Below, piece after piece: positions 15,153-25,873 of a DNA stretch of 64,000 nt. The stretch's first letter is position 1. Each line of letters begins with the position of its first letter. The notes under the pieces were generated by a model. It did no database searches. It worked only from the letters and a program-made list of their open reading frames with translations, and had not been told where the DNA came from. Both the position numbers and the translations under genes were made by a program. The stretch is from Lingula anatina. Lineage: Eukaryota; Animalia; Brachiopoda. The stretch spans positions 17,364,848 to 17,428,847 of the forward strand of contig CM120643.1 in the NCBI GenBank assembly GCA_051362555.1. The letters run 5' to 3'.

Positions 15153-16281
15153 GGCGGATCCAGGATTATATGAAGGGGGGGTCTGCAGATGCGAAGCTTC
15201 AGTTGACGTGCCAGACATCTAAGCCGCTTAAGCTGAAAGCAATTTACCGAGAAACCCCTTGCAGGTGGATCTTTCCTGTTAGGTATGGGAACCCAGTCTT
15301 AGACTGATAGAAAGCAAAATAGGCAGATAAAGCAGATAAAGCTTTTTCCTTAAGTAATGGTAGAATGACACTTACATTTTATCTACTTAAAAGTGGTATT
15401 AATGTATTTCTTTCTTTAACAAGATATATTTTTTTTTTTTGTTTTAATGCTAAACATTCTTAATTGTAGGGTCTATGATCCAGAAGACTATCGCCTGGTT
15501 CAAACCAACATGGGACATACTGATGCCGTGAGGAGTATAGTACATATTAGGGAGAGAAATCAGGTAAATTGGGGTACTTAGTTGTGTAGAGGGATTTTAT
15601 TAGCAGTTACAGATAATGAGTAATATTACATGTATATCAAAAAATTGTTTATCTTATCAGAATTGTATGAGAGTCATACAGGTAGATTTTAACACAAGTT
15701 ACTCAAGAGCTACAGGTCTTAAAGCAATTTTTTCACTATGTAACGATGTGGAGAAAAAGATGCAAGGATTTGGAGAAATTGCTTTTATTTAGCAAATATG
15801 CCAAAGAGGTACAAATATACATATCCAGAAGAAAACAATTAACAAAATGATAAATCCTTTGTAATTTTCTAATATTTAAAAAATCTACAAGAAATCAATC
15901 AAAATGATATGACTCCTTTTATATAAAAAATTTTTAACTTTTCAGTATGTGTCATGCTCACGAGATAAGACAATCCGTATCTGGAACGCCTGGAAGATGC
16001 CAAAGAAAAAGCTGCAGAATGATAGTGCACAGAAAAAAAGGCACAGTTTCATGGAGGATATTTTGGAGACTCAGGCACAGAACAGCCAGCGAGGCAGCAT
16101 AGGAGGAGAGGAGGCTCCACTTGAGGAGGAAGAAGAGGAGTTGGAGGAGGATGGTGAAGATGCTACTGGAGAGGAACAAATGACCATTGAAGGGACGGAG
16201 ACTCCATATACTGACCAAGAGACAGGGGAAGGGGGACGCACCCCAGGGGGAGCTTCCAGTGAAATGACAAACAAGACGTGA
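6236..16281 (+). CDS. WD40-repeat protein, 21 coding exons, acidic C-terminal tail
   Basis: Exons ~6236-6338, 6732-6822, 7247-7334, 7753-7849, 8418-8598, 8879-8956, 9589-9657, 9964-10147 (these eight phase-checked), then approximately 10309-10402, 10904-11003, 11422-11512, 11715-11901, 12211-12307, 12534-12688, 13018-13143, 13514-13566, 13989-14089, 14356-14547, 14979-15093, 15470-15563, 15946-16281. WD motifs: DGVIKMWE, SAANDGTIVAW, TGSFDKTVKIWS, SGGWDSRLIIWD, TGSEDGTVQIWA, SCSRDKTIRIWN. Confidence 0.9.
8993..9207. mobile_element. 215-bp Harbinger-type MITE in a WD40 intron (same as 23734-23948)
   Basis: Imperfect TIRs, TTA flanks, sequence apparently identical to the second copy. Confidence 0.85.
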
Positions 16282-18081
16282 TGGGCAGTATTTCATTTTA
16301 CTATTTTTTAATCTTTATTTATTTTATTGATTGACCATGATTAATATGGTTTAAGGAGTATTGTTGTTTAGCCACTTTTGCTCACTTGCATTATTTTCAC
16401 TAGTACATATTAGAGAGTACTAGTAGAAACATCTGGCTCTGTTCTGGCCAGGTCAGGGAGAACTTCCCTGCTTCCTGCTTGGGCACTATACAATGGTATA
16501 CTGAGGTAAACGCCAGCTTTGTCCATAACCAAAGGAAACTGTATTCATACATGATATTTCAGTGAAAAGGGGAGCGTTTTTTTGTGATACACGTATTTAC
16601 AACTAGGCACTTTCATGATAGCAGCAGTCTTTGAATTCTTAATGTGCCTTTGATTTTTGATGCCAAATTGATGCAAAACATGACATTCTTCATGTTGTTT
16701 TTCAGCTAATTACAGTATTGCAAAAGCAGCAGTATTTTTAAATACTTTTATAAAATTTATAAAATTTTAAAACTGTTACAATGTCATTTACCAGTAACTT
16801 TTATAGTCACATGCAGGTGGTAAGTTAATTAACAAATAAGTGTCTTTTATTATATGACACCAGTGCAACAAGAAATTAAAAGTATACCAACAACAAACAG
16901 GTCCCAATCCTAAAAAGACCTTCTTTTAATCTAAAATGACCATCTTTTAATCACCTTTAAAGTTAAAGCACCAATTAAACTCCATGATATACATTGTGTA
17001 AAAGCACAAGTTCTGGTAAAACTGTGATGCTTTTATCTCCTGCAAAAAGTTTAGCAGGTTAATTTATAGGGTAATATATTTTTTCATAGTAAGAAACTTA
17101 GTCATGTGGCTGTTATGAGGGACTAATACCAGAACTACAGTGTGTTTTCTTTTTAAGACTAAAACTTTGTATATTTTAATGGGATCATAGTAAGTTGGAT
17201 TTTTGTTGGGAATTGTATGCATATGTAAAAGCTGTAAATATTTTTATACACATACTGTACATATACCGGCTGATATATAAGGAATATAACATTTAATGTA
17301 TTCATCTACACGTACAGTGCATGCAGTAAGATGCTCTTTGGCGGTCTCAAACTGATGTTACTTCTGTCACAACGTCACAATCTCTTTCGTCACAGCAACC
17401 GCAATTACAGAAAAGTATGGGTTACTTTCGAACATAAACCACAACAAGCTGGCTTCAGCTGGTTCCCAGCTACAGTACCAGTGCTCACGTCCTACCTCAT
17501 TTACACATCCTCCACACGACAATAACTAAGTCTAGTAGTGACAACACACCGTTACATATATTCCTGCCTCTCCATCTGCCTCGGGAGATTTTGTGCTGCC
17601 CGGCCTGTGGCACGGAAATACGCGAAGGTGGCCGAATGACACTACTGACACGAAGAGCATTTACTGGCATTCTGCAATCTAAACCTTCAACACTATAACA
17701 TATTGCACTTGTGAGCAGCGCCAAACTTAAAGCATGTACAGATGCTGAAAGAAGGATGATTTTGTATTACAATTACAGTTTATATTTATATATATGCATT
17801 TGACTTTTTTAATGAAAAAGTCATTAAAACATATCATTGCTATTGAAAATGGTTGTTTACATTATTTTTCATATTGGCCCAGTATGGTGTTGGGTTTTCC
17901 TATGCTTTTTCATAATGATCATGATTATTGTTGACTACGTTATATTGTGTTTATTTGTTGCCTTTTTTCTATGGAACTTGCACTGTATAGTATGTTATAA
18001 AACATGAATTGTTGAGGAGTTGTACGTATTCTGCGGAACGAATAAAATGTTACAATATACATCTCACGGTATAGTCTTTTG

Positions 18082-18780
18082 TGTCGTGTCCGGCATAAAG
18101 ATCTTATGAAGTCATATGATGTCACGTCCCATTGTTCTTGAGTACTATGGCGGCCTCTTTGTATAACGCCGATGTAAAGAAATTAACTATACAATTACAA
18201 GCATATAAACGATGAGAATTGATACCTAGTGGGAGAGAAAGAGGAGACGGGAGACTGAGAAAGACGAAGCACGGAGAGACGTAAAACTGTAGTTTCGGAG
18301 AGTTAGGAGTTGGAGACTTCACTTAGAATATGTAGATACGGAGCGTCAACGAATAAATCGTTTAACTGGTCATTATGTGGACTTGGGGTTTTCTTTGCGC
18401 GACCTTACGAAATCTGACACGAACCGTCAGGCCTACCCAACTACCAGACTCGGCACCGAATGATCCTGAATTCACCGGTAGATCAGACCACACTACCCGT
18501 TTTCAAGGTGTGTGTCAGATCGCATTACACAGTTTCATAACCTGAACAAATTTTGAGTGGTGATGCAATGCTTTTCAACCCCGCTGAGAATCGTCACTAT
18601 CTCATCGCGTACTAGGCAAGAGCGGTGTCGCGTCTGATACTGTGTAATGCTATCTGACACACACCTTGAAAACGGGTAGCGTGGTCTGATCTACCGGTGA
18701 ATTCAGGATCATTCGGTGCCGAGTCTGGTAGTTGGGTAGGCCTGAACCGTGGAATCTTTAGATTGCGTTATCCACCAAGT
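18082..18780. repeat. Dispersed repeat (LTR-like TG..CA core 18082-18418), inverted homologues at ~54265-54575 and ~48735-49015
   Basis: gagcgtcaacgaataaatcgtttaactggtc..cttacgaaatctgacacgaaccgt|ggaat matches the reverse complement of 54275-54366. Confidence 0.6.
18428..18744. mobile_element. 317-bp MITE with ~105-bp TIRs and a 6-bp TSD (AACCGT)
   Basis: CAGGCCTACCCAACTACCAG... / ...CTGGTAGTTGGGTAGGCCTG; AACCGT on both sides. Confidence 0.9.
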
Positions 18781-19285
18781 AAGTCGAAACCCTAATGTCC
18801 TATTTCGAGCCCACGCTTGAATTAAGAATTCTATTTTCAAATTTTCAATATTTATGGACTTTTATTATTATGACGTTTCTGCAATTTTGTTAATCTTGTC
18901 TTTGTCATTTTTAAATTAATAATTAAAATTACGTACAAGTATGTGGCCTGGTTCAAATATCAAGTGTCATTCACAGGAAATTGGTGCCATCATTTATGAT
19001 TTTATTGGGCATTTTCTGCTGTGCAGGTAAAAACCTGCCCATAGGTAATGCCTATCATGACATTTTTGTCGCAATTATAAACGTGCTAGCCAGTAAGATG
19101 TGCATATTTAAGTTGGAAGTAAGGAACATTAAGTAAAGCAATAATCATTTCACGTTCGTAAATATGTTAAAAATTAACGTTAGTTTTAGTCACCCAGTAA
19201 ACACCACGCGGGTGCATCACTTCCACTTTAGCCAGCTCCTAATTTCGTGACCCCAAAGTGGTTTGCCTCAAAAGAGTCTAGTCCT

Positions 19286-20433
19286 TTAAGGTTTGTATAC
19301 AATGTTCATTACATCTGGTTGCTTGGCAACCTTTGGTACAGGAGCACAATAACAGCTGTACTTCACGGCGTAAGACTTCAGCCAGGCGCCTCCGCACGGC
19401 ATTTGGATATTACACGTGGTCTTCCCTTGACACAGGTTCCTCACGCGCTGCTCTATGGAAGCAAGGCTTGGGTCAGGCTACAAGTAAAACGCACGACTTT
19501 TTAATTAATTTTACTTCAGTTTTAATTCTTGGTCAGTATGAACAAGTTGACCTATCCGATAGCCGTATCAAATTTTCACGAACAGTGAAATTAATAAATG
19601 ATACAAATGGTTTAATAACTCTTGAATATATTTGAAGGGAGTCCATCAGAAGCAATGCGTTTATTTCGCTTTTGTTATACCAAAATATGATTTTAAACAT
19701 TTACTCAGATCCCAAGGGCCTCGGCTAACACGGCGCCGGCGACTGACGTACCTTGCAGGCAAGAGTGTAGCGTGGCGGATACTGACATGCCGCTGGGAAC
19801 GCGGAGCAAAATGGGTAGCGACACACGTGATCTATCGAGATGTACGTCTTGGCCTTGCAGCTCAGACACAGCAGGGGAACCCGGTTGCAGTCGAAGGTGC
19901 GCAGTGGGGCCTTCAGAGCTATTAATATAGAAAAATGTGCACTTAAGATTTGAAAATGATTGCATGACAGGGCGATTATACATGTATTTATTTTTTAAGG
20001 TAGACAGTTTAAACTAAGGCCTACTTGTTAACATAAGCATATTGGATGTTTTATGCACTGTTCTCTAAAAATCGTTATCGTAAACTACTTGCCGCAAAAT
20101 TGCCAACTGAAGATTACTTGAAGAAGAAAAATGTGATTAATTATAAGATTATACATAATATACAAATGGTGTTAAAAGTTATAAACTTGCCGCGCTTGAC
20201 ATCGCATAATAGTGACGTCACTCACATGTGGCAACAAAGTGTGTGACATCACCATGACGTCACAAAGTACTCACGATTGCAGCACTGAGTGTTACATCGA
20301 CGATTCTGGCTTGTATCACCCTCGCAGCTTCCTCGTCCACATGTTCTATACCGCGTTTGAATACCTCCGCCACATGCTTTCGAACACGTTGTCCACGAGC
20401 CCCAAAGACTCCAACCGGTGAAATTATTAACAT
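19286..20433 (-). CDS. Second terminal cassette: TSP1 exon (20433-20275) + SUEL-lectin-like exons (19918-19752, 19477-19286)
   Basis: All three exons are open with AG/GT sites and have the same lengths (159/167/192 nt) and phases as 29725-28591; DVNNFTGWSLWGSWTTCSKACGGG...; ends YKP*. No own start exon seen. Confidence 0.8.
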
Positions 20434-21289
20434 CTGGAATATCAATGTATACTTAAATAACAAAGCATGTAAAGAGTAAAAAATAATTATTTAAAGAGTG
20501 TTTATTGTCATAACATAGTGGAACATATGCGGTGCTTGCCAGTATGTGCCAGATAGAATACTATACCAATAACTTACTAGTATTCTAAAGAATACTTAAC
20601 TTACGTTAAAGAATACTTAACTTACGTATCAAACAAAAACAAGCGAACATTCTAGATTCTTAATGCACATGTCCATTTTAATGCAGATGCCCCTCTCTCT
20701 CTCCCCCCAAACACCCTCATTGGTCTTTTAATTCAAGTATAAATGTAGACATGTACACATGCAAACTTCGTGAATATATTTACTTGGGTAATGGTCATAA
20801 AAGTGGATCTTGATCACAACTCACCTCTGTAATTGGCTTGCTACATTGCATTATCTTGTTATCAGATACGTTTGGATAGCACCTACCTGGTCAACATGCT
20901 TTTAAACCAGTTATATATCAGTTCGACATATATCAATACAATCTTGGAAACGATAAGTATAGACAAAGGCCAGAGCCCGTTTTAATTAGGTAACAGGAAA
21001 AAGAAACTGAAAACCCGAAACAAATTTCCACTTGTTGACGCAAGTCTATGTGCTACAAGATGGAGGCAATGCTGTGTCATAGCAACCACGAGGGACCGCG
21101 AGAAATTGCGTTATCCATGCAATAGAACAAAAGGATTTCAATGAGGCACAGCGCGCGCTACCTTGATAATAAGTTGTTCAGGCTCCCGTGGAGCTATCAA
21201 AACAGCTTATCTGAGACAATGGGCGAATGTTTACCCGAACGCACATAGCTTCAAAGGAAGATGCCGCGTTACTCGTCCTTCTCTTATTA

Positions 21290-22560
21290 TGTCCATGTTT
21301 CTGATAACCCTACTTCCCAATATCCACTTTGAAGGTCAAACGTTGACATGAATTTCGGTTTAATTGACCCCAACGCGTCTATCGTATCGTCAATTCTCGG
21401 TAAAGGGTAAACATCGTCTTTTGTAACCGCATTCAGCTTTCTGTAATCAATGCAAAAACGATATGAGCCATCTGGTTTTTGTACTAAAACGACCGGACTA
21501 CTCCACGGAGAGACAGATGGTCTTATAATACCTTCTTGTAACATGTTCCCTACCTGTTCCTCTATAATCTTCCGATGTTTTGGTGACGTTCGATACATTT
21601 GCGAACGAATGGGCATTTGATTTGGGTCCACTCTGATATCATGTTCAATGACTGGGGTCATTTTCAAAGGCTCCCCAGGTTGTTTAAATACGTCCGCATA
21701 TTTCGACAACAAATCAACAAATTCTGCTTTTTGTTCACTAGTGATATCTGAATCACTGAAATCTACATCAGGGACTTCGTTTTTTGTTTCATTCACCGTC
21801 GTCGGAGCTATAGTTCTTCCCGACTTTTCTGTATCGTTCGAAAATTCAGTAATTTTCGTATCTTGGGGCAAAATTGAAAAACATCCTAATTTTGTTCTTT
21901 TCCTAATGAGAAAAGGATACTTCGCAGTATTTATACATCGCACAGGGATCATATTTTGATTAGTAACACCTAAAACCCTCGCACATTCAAAAGGCAAATG
22001 TGATAAATTTTTGTTTTTGTAAACAACTCCTTCAACTCCATTTGGTAAATTCGCATCGATAGCACAGAGAAAAAGAACTTCAGATTCCGCAGGTATCAAA
22101 ACATTTTTAATAGCCTTGACTGGGTAACTTTTCTTTGAAAGTCTGACCGTGTGTTTAGTGAAATCTATAATCGCTCTGTTTTCTCTCAGGAAATCATTCC
22201 CAATAATCATATCATACCCAATATTATCAGCTGTTTGCACTAACGTGTTAACAGAATTGTATCCACCGGGGAAGCGCAAATCTACTGACACTTGCCCTTT
22301 CAGTGCGATGCGTGTGTTATTTGCAGCCACAGCCGTCGTTTTTGTAGATGTTATGATACGTAGTGATTATAGAGTGTCGTGTTTCCGTAATAGGTCGGTA
22401 TTCACAATTGTAACATATGATCCTGTATCTATCAAAGCACTAATTTTGATTCCATTGATGAACAATTCTACAAAATTGTTTTTCCCTAATTTTATTTCCT
22501 TTTCACATGCCATGATCGAACGGGTGCCCCTAGAAATATGTTGGCAAAATTCACCCCGTT
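21290..22560 (-). pseudogene. pol: Gypsy pol fragment (aspartic protease + N-terminal RT)
   Basis: DTG protease motif near 22425, in-frame TAA near 22368, truncated before the YxDD motif. Confidence 0.85.
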
Positions 22561-22587
22561 CTTTTCCAATTTGTGATTTTTGCCGTT

Positions 22588-23667
22588 CTAGTTTAAATTT
22601 CGGTTCCCATTGTAAAAGTTTTGCCTCCCTCGAGTATTTTGTTGTCGGGAATTTGAAAATGATCTACAAAATTTCTGTATGTGCCCAAATCTGTTGCATT
22701 TAAAACAACGGGGGCCCCCTGTGGTCTGTTTTTGACGCCGACACGCAGCGTTTGTGTGCCCGCTCCTACGACAGTAAGAACAGTACGGTGTTCCCGCAAA
22801 GTGTTGTTTTCCTACTTGCTCGCGTCTAATTTCCCGGCGAATGTCATCAATTTGTTTTTCTTGCTGTTCCATTATTCGCTGGAGATTTTTCTCAATTCCA
22901 GAGACAGATGTTACGATCTCCGGCTTTTCGTTTTCAACCGGTATTGATGCAATTGTTGACCCTAATCGTGCATGATTTCCTGCTTCTTCTAAATTAGATG
23001 GGTTTTGCGCAATAACAAAACGTTTTATTTCGTTCCGTAACCCTCTCACTAAATACGTGAGTCTGTCATCCGCGCTTTTATTAAGCAGAGAAAAACGGTG
23101 TCGCATATCCGTGATGTAAACCTCGATGGATTCATTTTCTGCTTGTTTTCTTTCTCCGAGTTCGTGTTCTCTAGTCCATTTTGCCGTTTGTCTGTCGAAA
23201 TTGTTTTGAAATTCAATTTTAAGAACATAACTCGATTTTCTTGCGTCAGACAATTCGGATAGCCATATTTCAGCAGGACCTTTCATGTATAGCATAAAGG
23301 CATGCAATTTCCGATCTGGGGAATATTTATTCAAATTGCAGTAATTTTCGAACCTCGTAAGCCATAACTGCGCGTTTTCTGTTGAAAAGCCAAAGAATGT
23401 ATCGATATTCGGACCAGCAGAAACAGAAGTTGGTTTTTCGTTTAATTCTGTAAGTTGCCTCTGAACCGCGTGTAAAAGAGGGTCACCCTTACCCATAACA
23501 TCTAATTTCATGTGAATGTCTTCTAACTGGTCTCGAATATCTAAAAAATCAAAAGGTTCTTCCTTACCTTTCATTTCCTTTGTTTGTCCCGTTGCCATCT
23601 TCTTTTCGGATAGAATACGTTCTCCTCTGGATGTCTGTCTGGTGACTGGTCCCTCTCTATTCGACAT
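22588..23667 (-). CDS. gag: Gypsy Gag with two CCHC zinc knuckles
   Basis: 359-aa ORF with CSYCRRSGHTNAAC and CFKCNRFGHIQKFC. Confidence 0.9.
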   Translation of the reverse strand: MSNREGPVTRQTSRGERILSEKKMATGQTKEMKGKEEPFDFLDIRDQLEDIHMKLDVMGKGDPLLHAVQRQLTELNEKPTSVSAGPNIDTFFGFSTENAQLWLTRFENYCNLNKYSPDRKLHAFMLYMKGPAEIWLSELSDARKSSYVLKIEFQNNFDRQTAKWTREHELGERKQAENESIEVYITDMRHRFSLLNKSADDRLTYLVRGLRNEIKRFVIAQNPSNLEEAGNHARLGSTIASIPVENEKPEIVTSVSGIEKNLQRIMEQQEKQIDDIRREIRREQVGKQHFAGTPYCSYCRRSGHTNAACRRQKQTTGGPRCFKCNRFGHIQKFCRSFSNSRQQNTRGRQNFYNGNRNLN

Positions 23668-23733
23668 TACTCATGTTGAAAGTCTCTTCCTCTTTTTGCA
23701 TCCTCCGCCATATGTGACGACGTTACTGACTTA

Positions 23734-23948
23734 GGCTCTGTTCTCACAACTTTTAGATCGATCTATCACCGCGGGGAGTCTCACTAGATTACTGTCAGAT
23801 AATCCCCCTTAAGTGTCCGTCCCCGCCTACTACAAGCTTTAAGGGGTAATTAACTTTCGTGTCCGCCCGGCTGACAGCTATTTAGCGTGAACCCCCAGGG
23901 AGTTAGGTCGATCCAATGTAGGTCGATCTAATCTATGAGAATGGGGTG
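23734..23948. mobile_element. 215-bp MITE inserted in the Gypsy LTR
   Basis: Matches 8993-9207. Confidence 0.85.
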
Positions 23949-24395
23949 TTTGTCTTGGTGGCGCGAGGTAATAACTAAACAATTCCATGTTTTCCCATAT
24001 TCTTTTTTATCGCTTTCTAACTACGCTATCTACAGTTTATTCCTCATCGTTCGAGTTATGTTCTCCCCGTCTACATTACATTCTTCGCTTAAGTACAATA
24101 AGGTCGTGTCAATCAACTAAAGTGACACTACAAAACACTTCCCGCTCTTATTCGCTGCATGCTGTCACTAACTAACGTTACACATGTATATTTACCTTCG
24201 ATTCTTTTCTTTTTCAAAAAACTTTTGAAATGAATGAAATATTTATCGGCTTTAATTATTAAAATGTTTCTACAATTATGTTGATCTTTTCTTTGTCACT
24301 TAATTAAGTAAAAGTATGTTTCCAGCACAATTGTAATGATTGTTTATGTATATCTGCAATGCGACATGTATAAACCGCACGTTATTTACGCAGTG

Positions 24396-24647
24396 CAGTG
24401 GTGGATCCAGGATTATTTGAAGGGGGGGGGGGGGGGGGTAAGAATGACAGGTCGCGGATGCAAAGCCGCCCCCGCATGAAGGGCCCCTAAAAAATTTGGT
24501 ATTTTAGAGGGCGAACGGTGCCAATTAGAATGGTTTAGCATTCAGCTAGTCAAAATTCTAATTTCAAGAGGGGGCCACTACTGTAATTTTTTTCAAATGT
24601 CGAAGGGGGTTGAGGACCCCCCTGACACCCCCCTAAATCCGCCACTG
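24396..24647. mobile_element. MITE with CAGTGG(T/C)GGAT termini and a 5-bp TSD CAGTG
   Basis: cagtggtggat ... atccgccactg; CAGTG on both flanks. Confidence 0.7.
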
Positions 24648-24725
24648 CAGTGCAAATGATAGTAAATATATACCCCCCCCCCCCATTCCGCCCTTCACAA
24701 TACTGGACCAGTACCGGTAGCTTTA

Positions 24726-25271
24726 GAGCGCATTCTCAACGAATTAAGCCAGGCTTTACAAAGCCGGTGACCTAAAAATGGCGGACGTTCATGAAAGAAA
24801 AACCGCCTAATCTTTTAATAGTCTCTCCGCCTCCCCACACGTCGATCCTGCGGGGTACAGTAATTAAATCTCGGCTCCGTTCGCCATGCGGAAGCTACCT
24901 GAGAAATATTAAGTGCGCATGCTCATCAGTTAAACTCGTGGTGAAGAAAGCATGGCGGCTGAAGGCGATCGAAGGAAAAAAGCTCTTCTGTTCTATTATC
25001 TTTGAAAACAGAGACGAAAAAGGAATAATTTGGCCCGTAGAGCAGCAATGAATCGACTATCTACGGAGATAATATCACCAGAGATATTCACGGAAATATT
25101 AATGTTCGGAGCCGAGATTTAATTACTGTACCCCGCAGGGACGACGTGTGGGGAGGCGTGTGAGAGGCGGAGAGACTATTAAAAGATTAGGCGGTTTTTC
25201 TTTCATGTACGTCCGCCATTTTTAGGTCACCGGCTTTGTAAAGCCTGGCTTAATTCGTTGAGAATGCGCTC
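24726..25271. mobile_element. 546-bp Harbinger-type MITE with ~155-bp TIRs
   Basis: gagcgcattctcaacgaattaagccagg... is inverted at 25107-25271; TTA TSD. Confidence 0.9.
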
Positions 25272-25873
25272 TTATTCGAACTAAATAAGACTTCATTATC
25301 ATGTTGCATAATTTATAAAAGAGCAAACGAAGTGCAAGCAACAGTTACTGCGTGCATCGGTTCAACGTGACACTACTATAACCAAGGAGTTATAACAGAT
25401 ATAACCTATATTTATTCCAACTGTTAGTCCACTCCATCCAGCCAAAACAACTCCACACTATCATACAGCAGACGACCTGAATCGAGGCGTTTATGGCTAA
25501 ATGAGAATCTATATCAGTTGATGAAAATAATTACACATCTTATAAACATGCACAGCTTGTCAAATCTATTTTCTGGAGGCAAGCAGTCTGTACGGCAGTA
25601 CGGCTATTATATAAGGAAGCCCTTTATCTTCCTCATGAGGACTTCGGCAGAGTTAATGTTTGTATGCTATGGCCTACTTCTATTCAACAATATTACAACC
25701 ATATAATCAACAACACGTGTTTAGCTGTGTGTGCGGGTAACCTCATTATATACTCTGCTGTGAGAACCACTGGCACGTTGAAAAAAAAACTTCGAACAGC
25801 CTCTTTCCTTTACAACTTCGTCTGCTGCAAGCCACCACAGCGGCGCAACAAGAGGCATACGGTCTACGGCGCC

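Larger units (their letters stand above)
21290..24182 (-). mobile_element. 3'-truncated Ty3/Gypsy LTR retrotransposon (5' LTR, PBS, gag, PR, partial RT)
   Basis: LTR 24182-23713 (TGTAACG...CGTCACA), PBS-like TGGCGGAGGATGC, gag, pol with ALIDTGS and SPWSSPVVLV..YRFCIDYRKLN..FDLQSGYW. Confidence 0.92.

Noticed and set aside
20815-20890. Minus-strand GAG|gtgagt donor as a start exon for the distal cassette
   Set aside because: The ATG frame ends in phase 0 (the cassette needs phase 1) and encodes no signal peptide
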